A DNA stretch of 64,000 bases from Camelus dromedarius (Eukaryota): positions 88,104,001 to 88,168,000 of the forward strand of contig NC_087436.1 in assembly GCF_036321535.1 (NCBI RefSeq). The letters are read 5' to 3'. This document shows positions 1 through 14,389 of the stretch, one piece after another (positions within the stretch are counted from its first letter, which is position 1; every line of letters begins with the position of its first letter). The notes under the pieces were generated by a model, which saw only the letters and a program-made list of their open reading frames with translations, made no database searches and was not told the origin of the DNA. The position numbers and the translations under genes were made by a program.

Positions 1-889
1 CAATTTATATGAGAAGAATTTTATGTGAAATTGGACTTTTAATATTTTTAATACATAATTTATATTATTTTTAGTATTCATATTTTGAAAATATAATTTT
101 AACAACATGAAAGCATTATTTGGAATGCACATAAAACTAATTGAACTCTGAGATCTTGCATTTAAGTGATGGAAATGAAAGTTACATGATAGAAAAGAAA
201 GTACTGCAAAAAGCTTGGTTTTTAATATTAGTGACATACTTTGTAGTATTAGTATCAAGTTAATAGAAAGCTGCTCAGGGAATGTATTTGAAAGTTGGAA
301 TCACTGATTTGTCAGTAGAGGGAGGGATTCCATGTTGAGACTCTGACAAGCTGAGTAGTTGATATCCTCTTCAGAATTTAAATATCAAATCTTCATACAC
401 ATAGATGTGCAAAATTATATTTTCTAGTGGTTGTCCTTTTTTTTTTAAAAATCCGCAGTGGTAATCTTTTTTCATTGCTTTTAGTCATACGTAGTAGATG
501 TCTATTATTCTATAATTTGAGAAAACATAAAATAGAAGTAGCTAAAATACTTAGAATTTTAAAACTCCCTTTTGTCCATGGCTATATATAAAATACTTGT
601 TTAACAACAAGAAATCCCTCAAACCAAATTAAATAAATGCTCATTTATACCACTAAATGTATCCTAGAACTGATAGACACATAGTTTTTCCTACTAAAGG
701 TGATTATTAGCTACATTTTCAAAATTTATAATTAAATCTCATTCTGTAACTCTTGTCATTTGAGAACTTCACTTTTTATCATAGCTAGTATGAAGAAAAG
801 GGTTGCTGATCAAATTGTGATTGAAGTGGAATACTTTTCTAATTTTAAATAATTATGTTCTAATTCTAAATAAAAAATGAAAGGTAAAC

Positions 890-1090
890 CCCTGGCACTT
901 AGTGAGCATTAACAGATACCAGGCCAGTGTTCTCACTGTTTTTCATACTTCCTTAGTCTGTGAGATAGGTACCATGTTATCTCCATGTTAGAGATGCAAA
1001 AATTGTGTCACCAAGCAGTATAACAGTGTCCAAGGATGGGGTTTGGCCAGTCATTCCTGATTTCAGAGTACATGCTCTTAACCCACCATT
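890..1090 (-). mobile_element. MIR SINE relic
   Basis: Resembles reverse complement of MIR core (tgtgagataggtac...ttatctccatgttagagatg...); boundaries approximate. Confidence 0.6.
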
Positions 1091-1555
1091 CTGTAGTCCT
1101 TCTTTTAAGGATAATCACTCAATAATGTTTTGCATTATTTCATAAGTGCAAATATCTGTAACAACATTTGGTGTCCTAAATTTTAACTGTAAATGGGCTG
1201 CAGTGAATTATGGTGAAGATGAATAATCCTTTCACCATTATGTCAGTATTGTTTTGTGACCTATTTACCATCAGGTAAGTTGAAGTGTGTATAATTTTCA
1301 AATTCTTAGAAATAGTAATATAATTCTAGTATTTTACTATTTTGTTTTGAGAATATAAAGAATGACTCAGAGTTGCCTTATTTATGGTTGCTTTTGAGCT
1401 ATCTGTACTTACCATATACCAAATATATACTTACTGTATGAAAATATATATACTTACAAATTAAACCTGTTTTAGAGTGAATGAGAAAGGGAAGGGAGAA
1501 GGCTTTTAGCTGTTGACAAAGAATATAATTGATCTTAAATTATTGTGTGTAATAA

Positions 1556-1696
<141 letters not shown>

Positions 1697-1875
1697 TGAG
1701 TGCCTTTGTTTTGAAGTGTATTTAAAATAACATCTTGGTAAAAAATCACTCTATGGAATTTTAGTTAACATTATAAATACCTTGAGAAGGAATATGAATT
1801 CTCTTGACATGTTATAAAGAATTGGAAGGATATTTTGCTACTGTTTTGTTAATTTCGTTATCTTATTATGACTAA

Positions 1876-2061
<186 letters not shown>

Positions 2062-2349
2062 TAAAATTTGTTACATACCTAAAAGCATGATAACAAAACA
2101 TTTATTAATATTGAATAGTGAAAAATAAAAATATGCTTAAAAAAGTAAAAACTAAATGATGCTAATGGTTTTTGTGTGTATGCAAAATAAAATTTAAATC
2201 ACTGAGCTACACACTTGGAGAAGGAAAGGACACCCACGAGTGGAAGCACTTAATTTAGGAAAGGTTGAGAAAGTGTCTCATAGTCCTGTTAGTCCATTTA
2301 CTAATTAGTTCTTGCGTATCTTGAAAGATTTTGGAACATAGTTCTCATA

Positions 2350-2850
2350 ATCTGCATTAATCTAGGTTCTCAGGTACAGACACTAGAATCCATTCTGGCT
2401 GGTTGAGCCCAAAGAGATCTTTTAAGGAATCTAGAGAGTTCACAGAATGACTAACAGGACTGAAGAAACTGGTTCTGGAATAAATAGAAAACCAGAGGAA
2501 ACTATAGCATTGGGCCACCAAGGAAGCTGCTGCCTCTGCCACAGTCGAAAAGCTGCCAAATTAGGAAGCCTAACTGAATTAGACAAGCTAGAAGCATGCT
2601 GCTCCCGCCATCCCACCCAGTGAAATACATCCCTTCCTGCCTGTGCTCCTCCCCACCCCCTCATACCCCGGTTCCCAGAGACTCACATGAGTGTATCACA
2701 TGGCTGGGTCTAAGCCCCATCCTGAAGTTCACAGGCATCCTAAGAAATACTTTTAGCTTTCTAGCCTCTGCAGTAATGGAAGGTTTATTTGAAGGGGATC
2801 AGCTGTGGCCTGAGGAAGCAAATCCATGGTTTTGGTCACATTCTCTTTTG
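2350..2850. mobile_element. Possible ancient ERVL-type LTR fragment
   Basis: Start tgcattaatctaggttctcagg...agaatccattctggctggtt...tcacagaat resembles old LTR16/LTR33-class termini from memory; GC step-up versus flanks. Confidence 0.35.
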
Positions 2851-3585
2851 GGTCATCAGCCCTGGATAAGCATAGGTAGAGTTACCTTCTCAGTTTAGGA
2901 AAAAACACTTTGGTTCCAGAATATTCATAGAGCTCTCTTTGAACTAAAACCATGACGATATCAATGACCCATAATTGTTTCTGACAGTGAAGAAATAAGG
3001 ATTATTTAAATTAAATGAATATATTTCTGTTTACAGGAGCACAGGACTGATGATAATTAGACAAGTATAAATGTGTCAATAAGATGAATGAAAGCAGATT
3101 ATGCTTTCGAGCTGTTGTTCAGAAAACTTTCGCCATTTGGTTGCATCACTTCCCCTGGGATCGTACCCACTCCCTTGCGTTAGTCAGCACATAGCAACAC
3201 TCCACCAGAATGATAAAGCTCCTCGCAAAGATCGTTGCTCTTACTAGTTAACTGCATTTCTTGGAGAGCACCTTCCTGGAGCCCTGTTCTCTCAGTCCCA
3301 GTATGATCTCCCTGCTCTCCAGGCCTGCCGCATGGCCAGCTGTCATCATCAGGCTTCCTTTCATCATTATTTTGAGACTTCCTTCACTTAAATCTTGAAT
3401 CTGTTTTTGGCAAATGAGTGTTTAAACTTCTATCCTGCTGGTTTGAGTATTAAACGGATCATTTGAAAATTAATATATCTATAATCATATTTTTTAACAT
3501 TAATTCATAAGTATTTTTCTTTTGTCCGACTAGATTCAACACCTTGCGGGCATAGACCTGTGCTGCCATTATTTGTATAATTCTT

Positions 3586-3855
3586 TTTATATTTGTATTT
3601 TTAAAAAAATTTTTATTGAAGTAGAGTCAGTTTACAATGTTATGTTAATTTCTAGTGTACAGCATAATGCTTTAGTCATACATATACATACATATATTCC
3701 TCTTCAGATTTTTTTCATTATTGATTACCACAAGATATTGACTATAGTTCCCTGTGCTATACAGTAGAAACTTGTTGTTTGTCTATTTTATACATAGTAG
3801 TTATTATCTGCAAATCTCAAACTCCCAATTTATCCCTTCCCACTCCTCTCCCCCC
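3586..3855 (-). mobile_element. 5'-truncated L1 3'-end insertion with TSD
   Basis: tttattgaagtagag...tttacaatgtt...ttccctgtgctatacagtag (L1 3'UTR); TSD atttgtataattctt 3571-3585 / atttgtgtaattctt 3856-3870. Confidence 0.85.
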
Positions 3856-3890
3856 ATTTGTGTAATTCTTAACATGATACCTGATATATA

Positions 3891-4196
3891 CAGGCAGACC
3901 TTATGTTATTGCACGTGGCTTTATTGTGCTTCTCAGATACTGCATTTTTTTTACAAATTAAAAACAAGGTGGCGACCCTGGGTTGTCAGATGATGGTTAG
4001 CATTTTTTAAGCAATAAAGTACTTTTTTTTAGTTAAGGTTGTACATTGTTTTCTTAGGCATAATGCTATTAGACAGTTAATAGACTGCAATATAGTGTGT
4101 ACATAACTTTTATATGCACTGGGAAACCAGAAAATTTGTGTGACTTGCTTTATTGTGGTCTGGAACCAAACCTGCAATATCTCTAAGGTGTGCCCA
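3891..4196 (+). mobile_element. Tigger1-derived non-autonomous DNA transposon (internally deleted)
   Basis: ta|caggcagacc...ttattgtgcttctcagatactgc left end; aatatctctaaggtgtgccca|ta right end; TA target duplication. Confidence 0.85.
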
Positions 4197-4241
4197 TAGT
4201 AGTAGAAAATTATAAGGATTTAATTGATTTTTTTTTTCTAG

Positions 4242-4346
<105 letters not shown>

Positions 4347-5429
4347 TAGTAATATACTATCATATATAATTTAAAAAAAAACTGTTTTAGGGCACAATTT
4401 CTGAAGTCAGAATTCCTAGGCTCATATTCCTAGTTAAAAGACAAATTAAAATAAATGTTATTTCCTACTTCTTTGGCCCTGTTATTCACTAGTAAACTCC
4501 TACTCACCCTTTAGACATTAAATTTTCAGATTTTTAAAAAATATTTTGCAAATGAATTACCCATCAGACTAATGACACTGGAGGATACAAAAAGGAGAAA
4601 TAGGTGTTATATTTCCTTTCATTTCTTTAAATTACTATGCTAGTCCTTGACATAATCAAACCATTAGATATATATATATATGTAGTTAACAAATGAGTTG
4701 GAAAGTTATTGAAGTTTTTCATTTGTAGAATTTCTAAGATAGGTTAATAATTATTTCCAGATTTTTAAAGTGAGCAGAGGTGAGTGTTTTTATAGATGAT
4801 GTACTTAGCATGGTTTTCAGCAACAAAAATCCCGTAATGAAAGACATTTTCTTAAATACCATTTTTAAAAGTATTCTCTCCATTGAACAAGTTCATTTCT
4901 GAAATTAAGTTTTTTCCTCACTGGAACTCTCATACTGAAAGTAGAAAAAATGTCAGTGATGCTATTTTGTTGTTGTCATCTTCTACAGGCTTACTTTATT
5001 AGAATTATCTTCAATCTGTATTTCTTTTCAGGAATCTTTTTAACTTTGAAAGCTAGTTTAGTTAAAGCTAGATAAAGTCATCCATTAATCCACTTAATCA
5101 AATCATGCAAATTGCCATCTACTGAAAGACTGAATATGTGGGGACACCTCTGGGAACCCCAGTACATTGTAGAACTTTCCCACTCCCATCAAGATGTCTT
5201 CTGTGACTGTGTGAAGTGGCCACCTGATACTTAGACTAAGGGAGGGTGCCAGCATTATGTCATAAAAAAAAAGGAGTAAAGCTTAAAACTTTAATCTTAT
5301 TTACATAACAAAAGTAGAAATTAAAGTTTTATTTTTTCCCTGTATTTCAGTGAACTATCTTACACACCCACTGGGATGCATATACTCATTTTAGGGACCA
5401 CTGGTGTCGTAAATAATGACAGCTTGGGC

Positions 5430-5940
5430 TGAGATGGTGTGATACAGATGGAGAGAAGATCATTTGCTGAGAAAAGAAACACTAAACATATCAAGTTTGA
5501 GGGGAAAAGTGTATTTGGTTTGAACATGGCAAATCGGAGGCATCTTTTTAACATCCAAGGAGAAGTGTCAAACTTAGACTGAGGGTCTAAGTTCAGAGAA
5601 GTGAAGCTTCATATTAGTGGATGATGTGGTCTCAGTGGTAACTGAAGCCATGTGAATACATGAAATTGCTTTGGGAGAGAATACATAGTGATAAGAAAAG
5701 GCAGGCTAGGAATTTGCCCTGAAGTAGTCTAACATTTGATATGCAGGTAAAGGACGGTAGATCTGAAATGCGGGCAGAGATGACACAGCCAACAGTGGCA
5801 CAGATGTATGCAAGAAAGGGAGTGTTTTGGGGAAGAAGGAATATCTGACAGTGTCCCATGCTGCTGAAAAGTCAAAATAGGATGCAAGAAAAATGCCCAC
5901 TGTTCTGAGCATTGTGGTCACTGATGAGTGAGAGGGAAGT
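5430..5940 (-). mobile_element. L2 LINE relic
   Basis: Purine-rich degenerate L2-like motifs (catgctgctgaaaagtcaaaataggatg, gtggtcactgatga); approximate. Confidence 0.5.
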
Positions 5941-6492
5941 ATTATGGGGAGGGCTTATTCCACTAAGATATTTGAGTATAGTTAATGGGAATCAGATATT
6001 CAGTTAGAAGGGAAATGTTGCAGATGCAAGAAAAAGAAGGGATAATTGATAGTGTACTTTCCCGATAACGCAAGAGCAGGCAGGCTTCTAACAGATAGAA
6101 CACCAGCACCCCCTCAGCTGTAACAAGTGCAAAGGAGAGGAAGAAGAGGTGCAGATATAGATAGATCAGTGGGTTTTGTAGTGAGAGATTCAGGAAAGTT
6201 GACGTGAAGTGGGAGACAAATCATCTGCCTAGAGAGGGGTACATGGTATCAGGGTAGGAGAGTTGAGGACGGGACAGAAGGGGTTTGAAATAAGCTTCAT
6301 AGAAAATAGGACAGCCAGTTGATCTCAGAAGTGAATGGGTGGCACTTGGAAATTTGGTATTAAAGCGAGCTCCAATGCCTGGACTAGTTTTAAAAATGTC
6401 AGACAGAAAGATTTTCTTCTGTCTTCCTTCCTCCCATGCCCCAGTGTTATTTCATGAGGTGTTTTTTTGCATGAAAAAAGGCAATTTTCTGA

Positions 6493-6705
<213 letters not shown>

Positions 6706-7119
6706 TAGTGTTAACTGGAATAAATAAATCGTTTTGTGATACAGTTTGATATTCATTTATGAAAATTTATGATCAAATCTAAAAGGTATATATTTCCATA
6801 TATAAATACATAAATGCACGTATTTGCCTATGAATGTATATATTTGCCTGGTTATTCCAGTGCACAGAGTGATAGAAAAATGAATACCTTTTTTTTTTTT
6901 TTAACAATATCTGTACGTTTTCAGGTTAAAAGTCTTCTGGGTTAAATATTTTCTCACATGATACTATTCACTGCATTTGTCTTCCCTTCAAATTGATTTC
7001 AGTTGTGCACATAATTTTTACACATTTTCTCCAGTATGCTGAAGCTAAGCACCAGGGAGAAGAGTATGTTGAAATCAGAGCTCCTTCTTTTACAGCAACA
7101 ATACATTAGTGTCATTTAA

Positions 7120-7389
<270 letters not shown>

Positions 7390-8019
7390 TAAATATAGAG
7401 GGTTGATTCTTGCTCGTTTCCTTATTTTCTCTTCTGGAGTTCGCCCGTTACCATGTCCTGTAGTTCTTAATGCAATGATTCCTTCCACATGCTCAGTTTT
7501 ACCCTTTAAAGTGCTGCGGAACCAGTAGAGATAACAAAAGTCATCCTGGATCCATCTAGTTTGTTGTCAGTGATGAGGCCTTATGCTTATTCTACGAGTG
7601 ATAGATAAATCCTAGTTACCCCAGATGTGTGTGGATGTGATTGGTTTATGAAGTTAGGCAAATGCTCTTTTTTCCAGAGTCTGGTTCAACAAAAAAGAAA
7701 ACCTGCAAATCTCTTGGGAACTGAGGGCACGGAGGGGAATAATGTATGAGTAGCTTTTCTGAAACGGTCCCTCGTCTCACCCCCGTGTCACCCCCAGCAC
7801 TGCTTGTAACCCACATTTTTCCCCTTATTGTTGGGGACTTCCTTCCAAGAGGATGGATGTATTTTATGGCAACCTTCTTTCATTTGCAAGGAAGTATCTA
7901 CATGTTTTTTATAAGAGGACTTTTTTTTAGATGTTAGTATCTGCATTATAGGTCTTCGATGACCAAATTGGATATTCTCTCTCAATTAATATATAGTTAC
8001 TATATACGAATATATGCAA

Positions 8020-8613
8020 ATATCTCTGAGAGTTTTTTTTTCCTGCATTACTTCCTCTGGGAGGTCTTCATCCTTTTTATCACAAACACTTTCCTCATTT
8101 ATGCCCATAAGTTTGCCCTCCCTGAGTTCCTCTGGCTGCATGTTTGGATTCTTCAGGGACAGCAGTGTCAGCATTCCCGGGTCAGCTGTTTCTCCTGTAA
8201 CTCCATTCATGTTTGATTCCAATTTCACGTCCAGTATTCACTTTTTCTTTCTTTGTTGTCCTTTCACCTGTGTTGGCCAGTTTCCTCTTTTGATTATCCA
8301 TTTTTGTAGAATGTCACCTGAGTTTATCCCTGGAGACAAGGAAGCAACATAGCCACACACTTTGCCATGTACATGTGAACTAAATAACAGAAAAAAGTGA
8401 TGTGATTGAGTCACTGGTTATGATACACATCTGCTATTTACATCATGATTTGTAGACTGAAGAGCTAACAGGGAAGCTTGGCTGGACAATTACTTACAGT
8501 TAATATGTAGTAACTGAAAAGTGAACCACATTGTTGGGGACTAGTATTACTTAACTAAATTGTGGTAACTGAAATTCATGCATATTGGAACCAAGCAACG
8601 AGAAGACTGACTG
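8020..8613 (-). mobile_element. TcMar-Tigger DNA transposon relic retaining transposase-derived coding fragment
   Basis: Minus-strand ORF 7986..8228 (MQPEELREGKLMGINEESVCDKKDEDLPEEV) resembles acidic Tigger transposase C-terminal sequence; terminus gactgactg|ta is a CAG-type end with TA. Confidence 0.7.
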
Positions 8614-9367
8614 TATATAAAATCTCTAAAAGTAAGTAATAAATCCATTGCCACTATAATGAATACTGACTACCCCCCCAAACTCTTAAAACATCCAAAT
8701 TCTTTTCTATGTAAGAATTATTTTGTTGGACCAACTGAAGAACAATTTGGGTAAAATAAATTAACTAACAGCTTCACTTTGAAATACAGACCAAAATAAA
8801 TACCAGTGTATAAAAGGTTAGATATTTTAAATAAATAAATAAAATCATTGAATAACTAGGGGAAAATACATTAGAATTAAATTGTATCAAGCCTCTGTAG
8901 GAACCAGGATTTTCGAAACTTCACACATTTTATTATAGAAAAATTTTAAACGTTTATCTGTGTGTGTATGTGCATCCTGAAGTAGCATAAAAAGCTGGGA
9001 ACAAGCAAAACCAACTGTGGTATATGAAAATGTCTGTTTTCTAAGACTCTTGTTAGTATATGATATTAAATGAAAGAAAATTTTTTGTTAATTTTATAGG
9101 CCTCCCCAAATAACTAATACTTGGTTATTTAATAATGTCAATATTATTTATTATTTTCAATAATTAAATATTATCAATGGTTAAATATTTTAAATTATGT
9201 ATATTTCATTTTATTTGAAACAATTATAAATAATTTACTTAAATAATGTTTATTAGTTAGGTGGTTGTTATGCTTGTTTTCTAACTACGGAGAACCTTTA
9301 CTGCTTGCTAGCTGTGTTTTTTTCCTGAATCATCTGCATATTCTTTTCTCCATTTATAAACTGATAA

Positions 9368-9631
<264 letters not shown>

Positions 9632-10218
9632 TAAATGAGAATTACTGTTTGCTACATTAATTTTTATCTCTTTCAGTCTCTTTAAATTTCTAATCCACCC
9701 TTGTTACCACTATCACTAAAAAAGTAGTAACAAAGACATTTTAATCCTTTATTTGATTACTGTCTGAACTCCCATTTTGTCTTTTATGTTTTGTTAAACA
9801 CGTTCTCCCCACTCATGTTTTAACTTTTAAAGTTCTTCTCGATTTCCCTACAAATCCTATTTTTAAATTCCTTGCCTTTCCATCTAGTAATATTTCTTGG
9901 ACTTAATATAACACATTATCCCTTAACCTATGGCAATATTAGTGTCTGATGACACCCACTAGGCAGTTAATCATAGTGTTAACTCCTACAGTCATTTCTT
10001 TCGCACCTAAAGTGGTGACCAGGTCCCATTTTCACTTTTTTTTCTTATTGCAGAGCCCGTAATGTTCAGATTTTTCTCTTTTTCCTCTGTTAGGCTCTAA
10101 AATGAATCAATAACATGACAACCAAACTTAAGTACTAGCTCCCAAAGGTAATTCTAAGTTGAGACAATGGCCTTTTGAAAAACTGCTTTTTTGATATGGT
10201 TGGCGATTCTCTTTAGAG

Positions 10219-10419
10219 AGGGGGTCGGCAAACTTTTTTTTTAAGGACCAGCTAGTAAATATTTTCAGATTTGTGAGCCATGTGGTCTGTGTCACAACTG
10301 CTCATCTCTGCCACTGTAGGGCACACGCAGCCAAGGCAACGGATGAAGAAGTGGGAATGACTGTTCCCATAGGCTCCCGGCTGGACTTGGCCCTTGAGCC
10401 CTAGTTTGCTGGCCCCCTG
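10219..10419 (+). mobile_element. MER58A-like hAT-Charlie element
   Basis: TIRs ggggtcggcaaac ... gtttgctggccccctg; internal tagtaaatatttt, gtcacaactgctca. Confidence 0.85.
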
Positions 10420-12625
10420 CCCTAAATGGAAAACCAAGTACAGAGACCATCACAGAGCAGTAATACTTGACCATATTGAAAGATGTTTACTGGTTGCTGG
10501 TCACTCATCACTCAGTCCTACGTTCATGATGAGTAAACAGTCATTAGATCATTCTAGCAACCCTTTCTACCTCCTTGAAAACCGCTAGCGTCTCACACAC
10601 CCTCACACTACCAAGCCTCAACTGTTGCAGGTTGCAGTGAAAGACTGAATGGTATTGGTCTCTTTTAGGATTGTGAGAAGAAGAGGGTTATTTTGAAACT
10701 TTGCACCATGAGATAAAGTCATCCCTTCCCAGTCTGTCTCTTGCTGTGAATTAGATTGCACAGTTACAAAGTTCTGTCAGCACTAGGCAGGAAAAAGAAA
10801 CTTAATTTTTTATAAAGCTGTTCCTTGGGAAAGCCATAAAAACTCTCTCATTCAATTCTGCTCTATGTCCTCCCACCTCAGTTTAATTCACCTACATCTC
10901 TGTGGATGGCAGCCCATACCCACTATCCAAATGAAGTTGCATCTACAAGGGGCAGGGATAGGGGAGCCTAGTAAAGGAGCAAACATCTGAACAGTGTTGA
11001 CAATTTGCTTTGCTATTTACTTTGCTTCTTTCCCCTGTAATGTTCACTTACTAATTAATTTATTTCAGCAGAAAGAAAGATTCTAAAGTCTGCTTATTTT
11101 GTCCCCTACTCCTAGCATTTGGAATTGTAATGTCTACATCTTATTTACTTAGAAATAAAGCAAGCAAACAAAGCAAAGATACACTGTAAATCTGCAGACC
11201 TGTCTGCTGTCTCTGAGGAAGGTTAATTAGTTCCCCTGCCTTAAATTAGCCAGGCCACATCATTCTCTTCGTGCACGTATCCCCCAAGTCACACAGATAG
11301 ATGTAAATCCATGGGTTTAAGGGATGTTGAAATAACCTTTAACGTCAGCAGCGTGGAGTCAGTCAAGCTTCTTCTGCACAGTATCTCCTTTGGTGCCACC
11401 ATCAGGGACAGAATACTGGGCTAGAGACCCCTGATCTGACCCCGTGGGTGTTTCTGATGTGCTGTTGCAGCTGCTGCTGCTTCATGGCTTACTCCCAAGT
11501 CTGTCGAGCTGTAATACATTTTCTTCTCAGTCTCACTGTCAGTTGAAGGTTGGCTTAGTGACGACCAGAACTGAGTTCAGCAGGGTAAAGACTGTGATAC
11601 CTCCTTTCACCCAAATCACACAGCTTTCCTCCTCTGTCACTGAGGACAATTCCATCTTACCAGCTGCCCAAGCGTGTATTTATGGCATATTTTTAATATT
11701 ACCTACTTATCTTTATTTATTCAGGCTGTTTCTATCTCTGACACACACGTCTTGATGGTCAATCACAGAAATAATCCTGTTCAGCCCCAAACAAAAACTC
11801 TTATTAATAGAACTTTGTACCTTCACTACTGCAGCCATCTTTCATGATTTCCTTATTTATCATTCATTGCTTTAAGTTCTGTCAAAATTCTTTAACTAAT
11901 ACTACATTCATGTCCTCATATAGTTTTGATATCTTTAAACGGTAATTATATACAGCCTCTCCTATGATTTATTTGGACTTAAACTCTCTTTTAAGGCCTT
12001 ATGTGTTAGTTTGACACGTTTTTTTCTAGACACACCTCATTTATGAAGTTATTCCTAAATTTAATCTAATTCTCGCTTTCAAGAATTATTTCTGTTAAAC
12101 TGATTCCATCTTGATTCGTTGTGTTTCTTTCTTCACAGTCGTCTTATGTGTAACTGTAACCTCAGCAGCATGAAAGGAATGATAGAGCTAAATCATGTCC
12201 TTTCCCATGATAGCAAAGGACTAAATAAACATGAGATAGTGCTAAGGTGTTACGTGATTGGACATAGGTTTTGATTGATTGTAGAATAACACATGGCATT
12301 TTAAAAATTAAAGAATTTTTTTAAATGTAATTCTGATGTCAATCTATGTTTTCTTAAGTACAGCATTTGAATTACGATCAAACTTATTCTGAATTGTAGT
12401 AAAAATACCAACTGATGTTAATAGATTGATATGTGAATTTAAACAAGCGAACATAGACCAGCATAAGGATGAATACAGCACAAAAAGTGAACCTTGGTTC
12501 CTGTCTTCATATTTCCTACAAACCAATTGAGAGGAAGTATTTTTTAAGTTCTGAGTTTTAAGTTTTAGATGATAAAACCGTTTGGCAGGTTTTGAGGTTT
12601 GCTAATGGAATTTTGTTCTTGGTAG

Positions 12626-12863
12626 GCTCACAGTTCATATGGATGAAGAACTGCGTGCTCTGGCTTTCAACACTCTGCAGGCACTAATGCTTGATTTTCC
12701 AGATTGGCGGGAGGATGTTCTTTCAGGATTTGTTTATTTTATTGTTCGCGAAGTGACTGATGTCCATCCCACCCTTCTTGATAATGCTGTAAAGATGTTG
12801 GTACAGTTAATAAATCAGTGGAAACAAGCAACTCAAATGCACAACAAAAACCAGGACTCGCAG
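12626..12863 (+). CDS. FRYL: FRYL exon 7 LTVHMDEELRALAF...HNKNQDSQ
   Basis: tggtag|G ... CAG|gtacca; 238 nt (alternative donor after 12905, see findings). Confidence 0.93.
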
Positions 12864-13344
12864 GTACCAAATGCTCTTCTAGTGTCCCTCTGTTTGTGGT
12901 CAGTGGTAAGTGACCAATAATGATGTCAAGATGTATTGACTTTCTCAAGAGCTTAAAGTTTTATTAGTTTTACTCCTTTTCAAAGTGTTCATAATCCCTC
13001 AGACTGAACTTTCCTATAGTCTGTATGCTAAAGATATAACATTTGTGTGTCTAACCTTTTCAACCTTCTTCTTTTGGTAGTAGTTTTGAATGACCACAGA
13101 AAATACAGGCAATTCTAGCTAACATTTAAGTTGTTTCCAATATATTTAAAGCTGATAAAATAAAAAAAAATTTTTTTGGTAGATTTCCATAGAGTTATTT
13201 GATTGTTTTATTAAAGGGACCGGTCCCTGTTTCACATGAACAGTATGTGTGCTTCTTAACAATAAAAGGTGCTCAAGTGATTAATGTATGATAATATGTA
13301 AGTCATAGAGCCTTGGAATATTAGAGCTGCATTATCTAAGCCAA

Positions 13345-13460
13345 CCCAGCTTCTCAACCTTTAATGAGCCTACAAATCCCCAGAAGACCTGAGAATCTCT
13401 CTTTTTAACAAGCTGCTGGGTGATGCCGTGCTGCTGGTCCACACTTTGTGTACAAAGGAT
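13345..13460. mobile_element. MER5-like hAT-Charlie fragment
   Basis: cctgagaatctctctttttaacaagctgctgggtgatgcc...ccacactttg. Confidence 0.6.
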
Positions 13461-13765
13461 ACAATCCAGTCCCCTCATTTTCCACATAGAAATGTTAGAC
13501 CAGTAGTGATTAAATGTCAGCTCTAAGGCTTTTACAAAGTAGCCAGAGAATGATAGAACTTAGGTACAGATTTCATGTTTAGACTGCCAATTAAGTGCAT
13601 TTTTCACTATGTAACTACATTTTTATAAATTAAACATTACTTAAATTGCTTGAGCTGAGGCAGACGTGTAGCCATAATGTTTATGATTTGCTTACACTTG
13701 ATTAATTGTTTTACTGGAATGTCTGTACACACACATATTTTTTAAACGTCTGTTTACTTTTCAAG

Positions 13766-13951
13766 CATGGTGTGGTTAATGGAGCTTCTCATCCCCCTCC
13801 TCTGGAAAGGAGCCCGTATTCCAGTGTATTCCATGTGGTCGAAGGGTTTGCACTTGTCACGCTCTGCAGCAGCCGACCTGCCACAAGGAGATTGGCCGTC
13901 AGTGTACTTAGAGAAATACGGGCTTTATTTGCACTTTTGGAAATACCTAAG
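13766..13951 (+). CDS. FRYL: FRYL exon 8 HGVVNGASHPPPLERS...LLEIPK
   Basis: ttcaag|CAT ... AAG|gtaaga; 186 nt. Confidence 0.93.
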
Positions 13952-14201
13952 GTAAGATTTAGGTATTTCATTCAGCTGTCTAATGAAAGTATTTAAAAAA
14001 CATCCTTCTGACCATCCTTATTCTATCTCTGTCTTCACCATGCAGGTGTAACTCACTTTATCACAAGATCTTTTTGACAGGGTCTAAAGGTTACCCTCGA
14101 TTTCATTTGTAGTAAATAGTGCTAAAGTGAGTTTTTAATGCTTACTTAGATTTGGCTGGTTTTCTTAAACATTCCTAATTTTTTTTGATGTGTTATGTCT
14201 T

Positions 14202-14389
14202 TTTTTTTTTAATTGAAGTATAGTTGATTTACAATGTTGTGTTTAGTTTCTGCTGTACATCATAGTGATTCAGTCATACACATATATATATTCACATATT
14301 CTTTTTCAAATTTTTTTTCACTATAGATTATTACAAGTTACTGAATATAGTTCTCTGTGCTATACAGTAGGATCTTGTTGTTTATCTGT
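14202..14389 (-). mobile_element. 5'-truncated L1 3'-end insertion inside a 3' splice-site region
   Basis: T-run then aattgaagtatagttgatttacaatgttg; TSD tgttatgtcttt 14191-14202 / tgtcatgtcttt 14390-14401. Confidence 0.88.
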
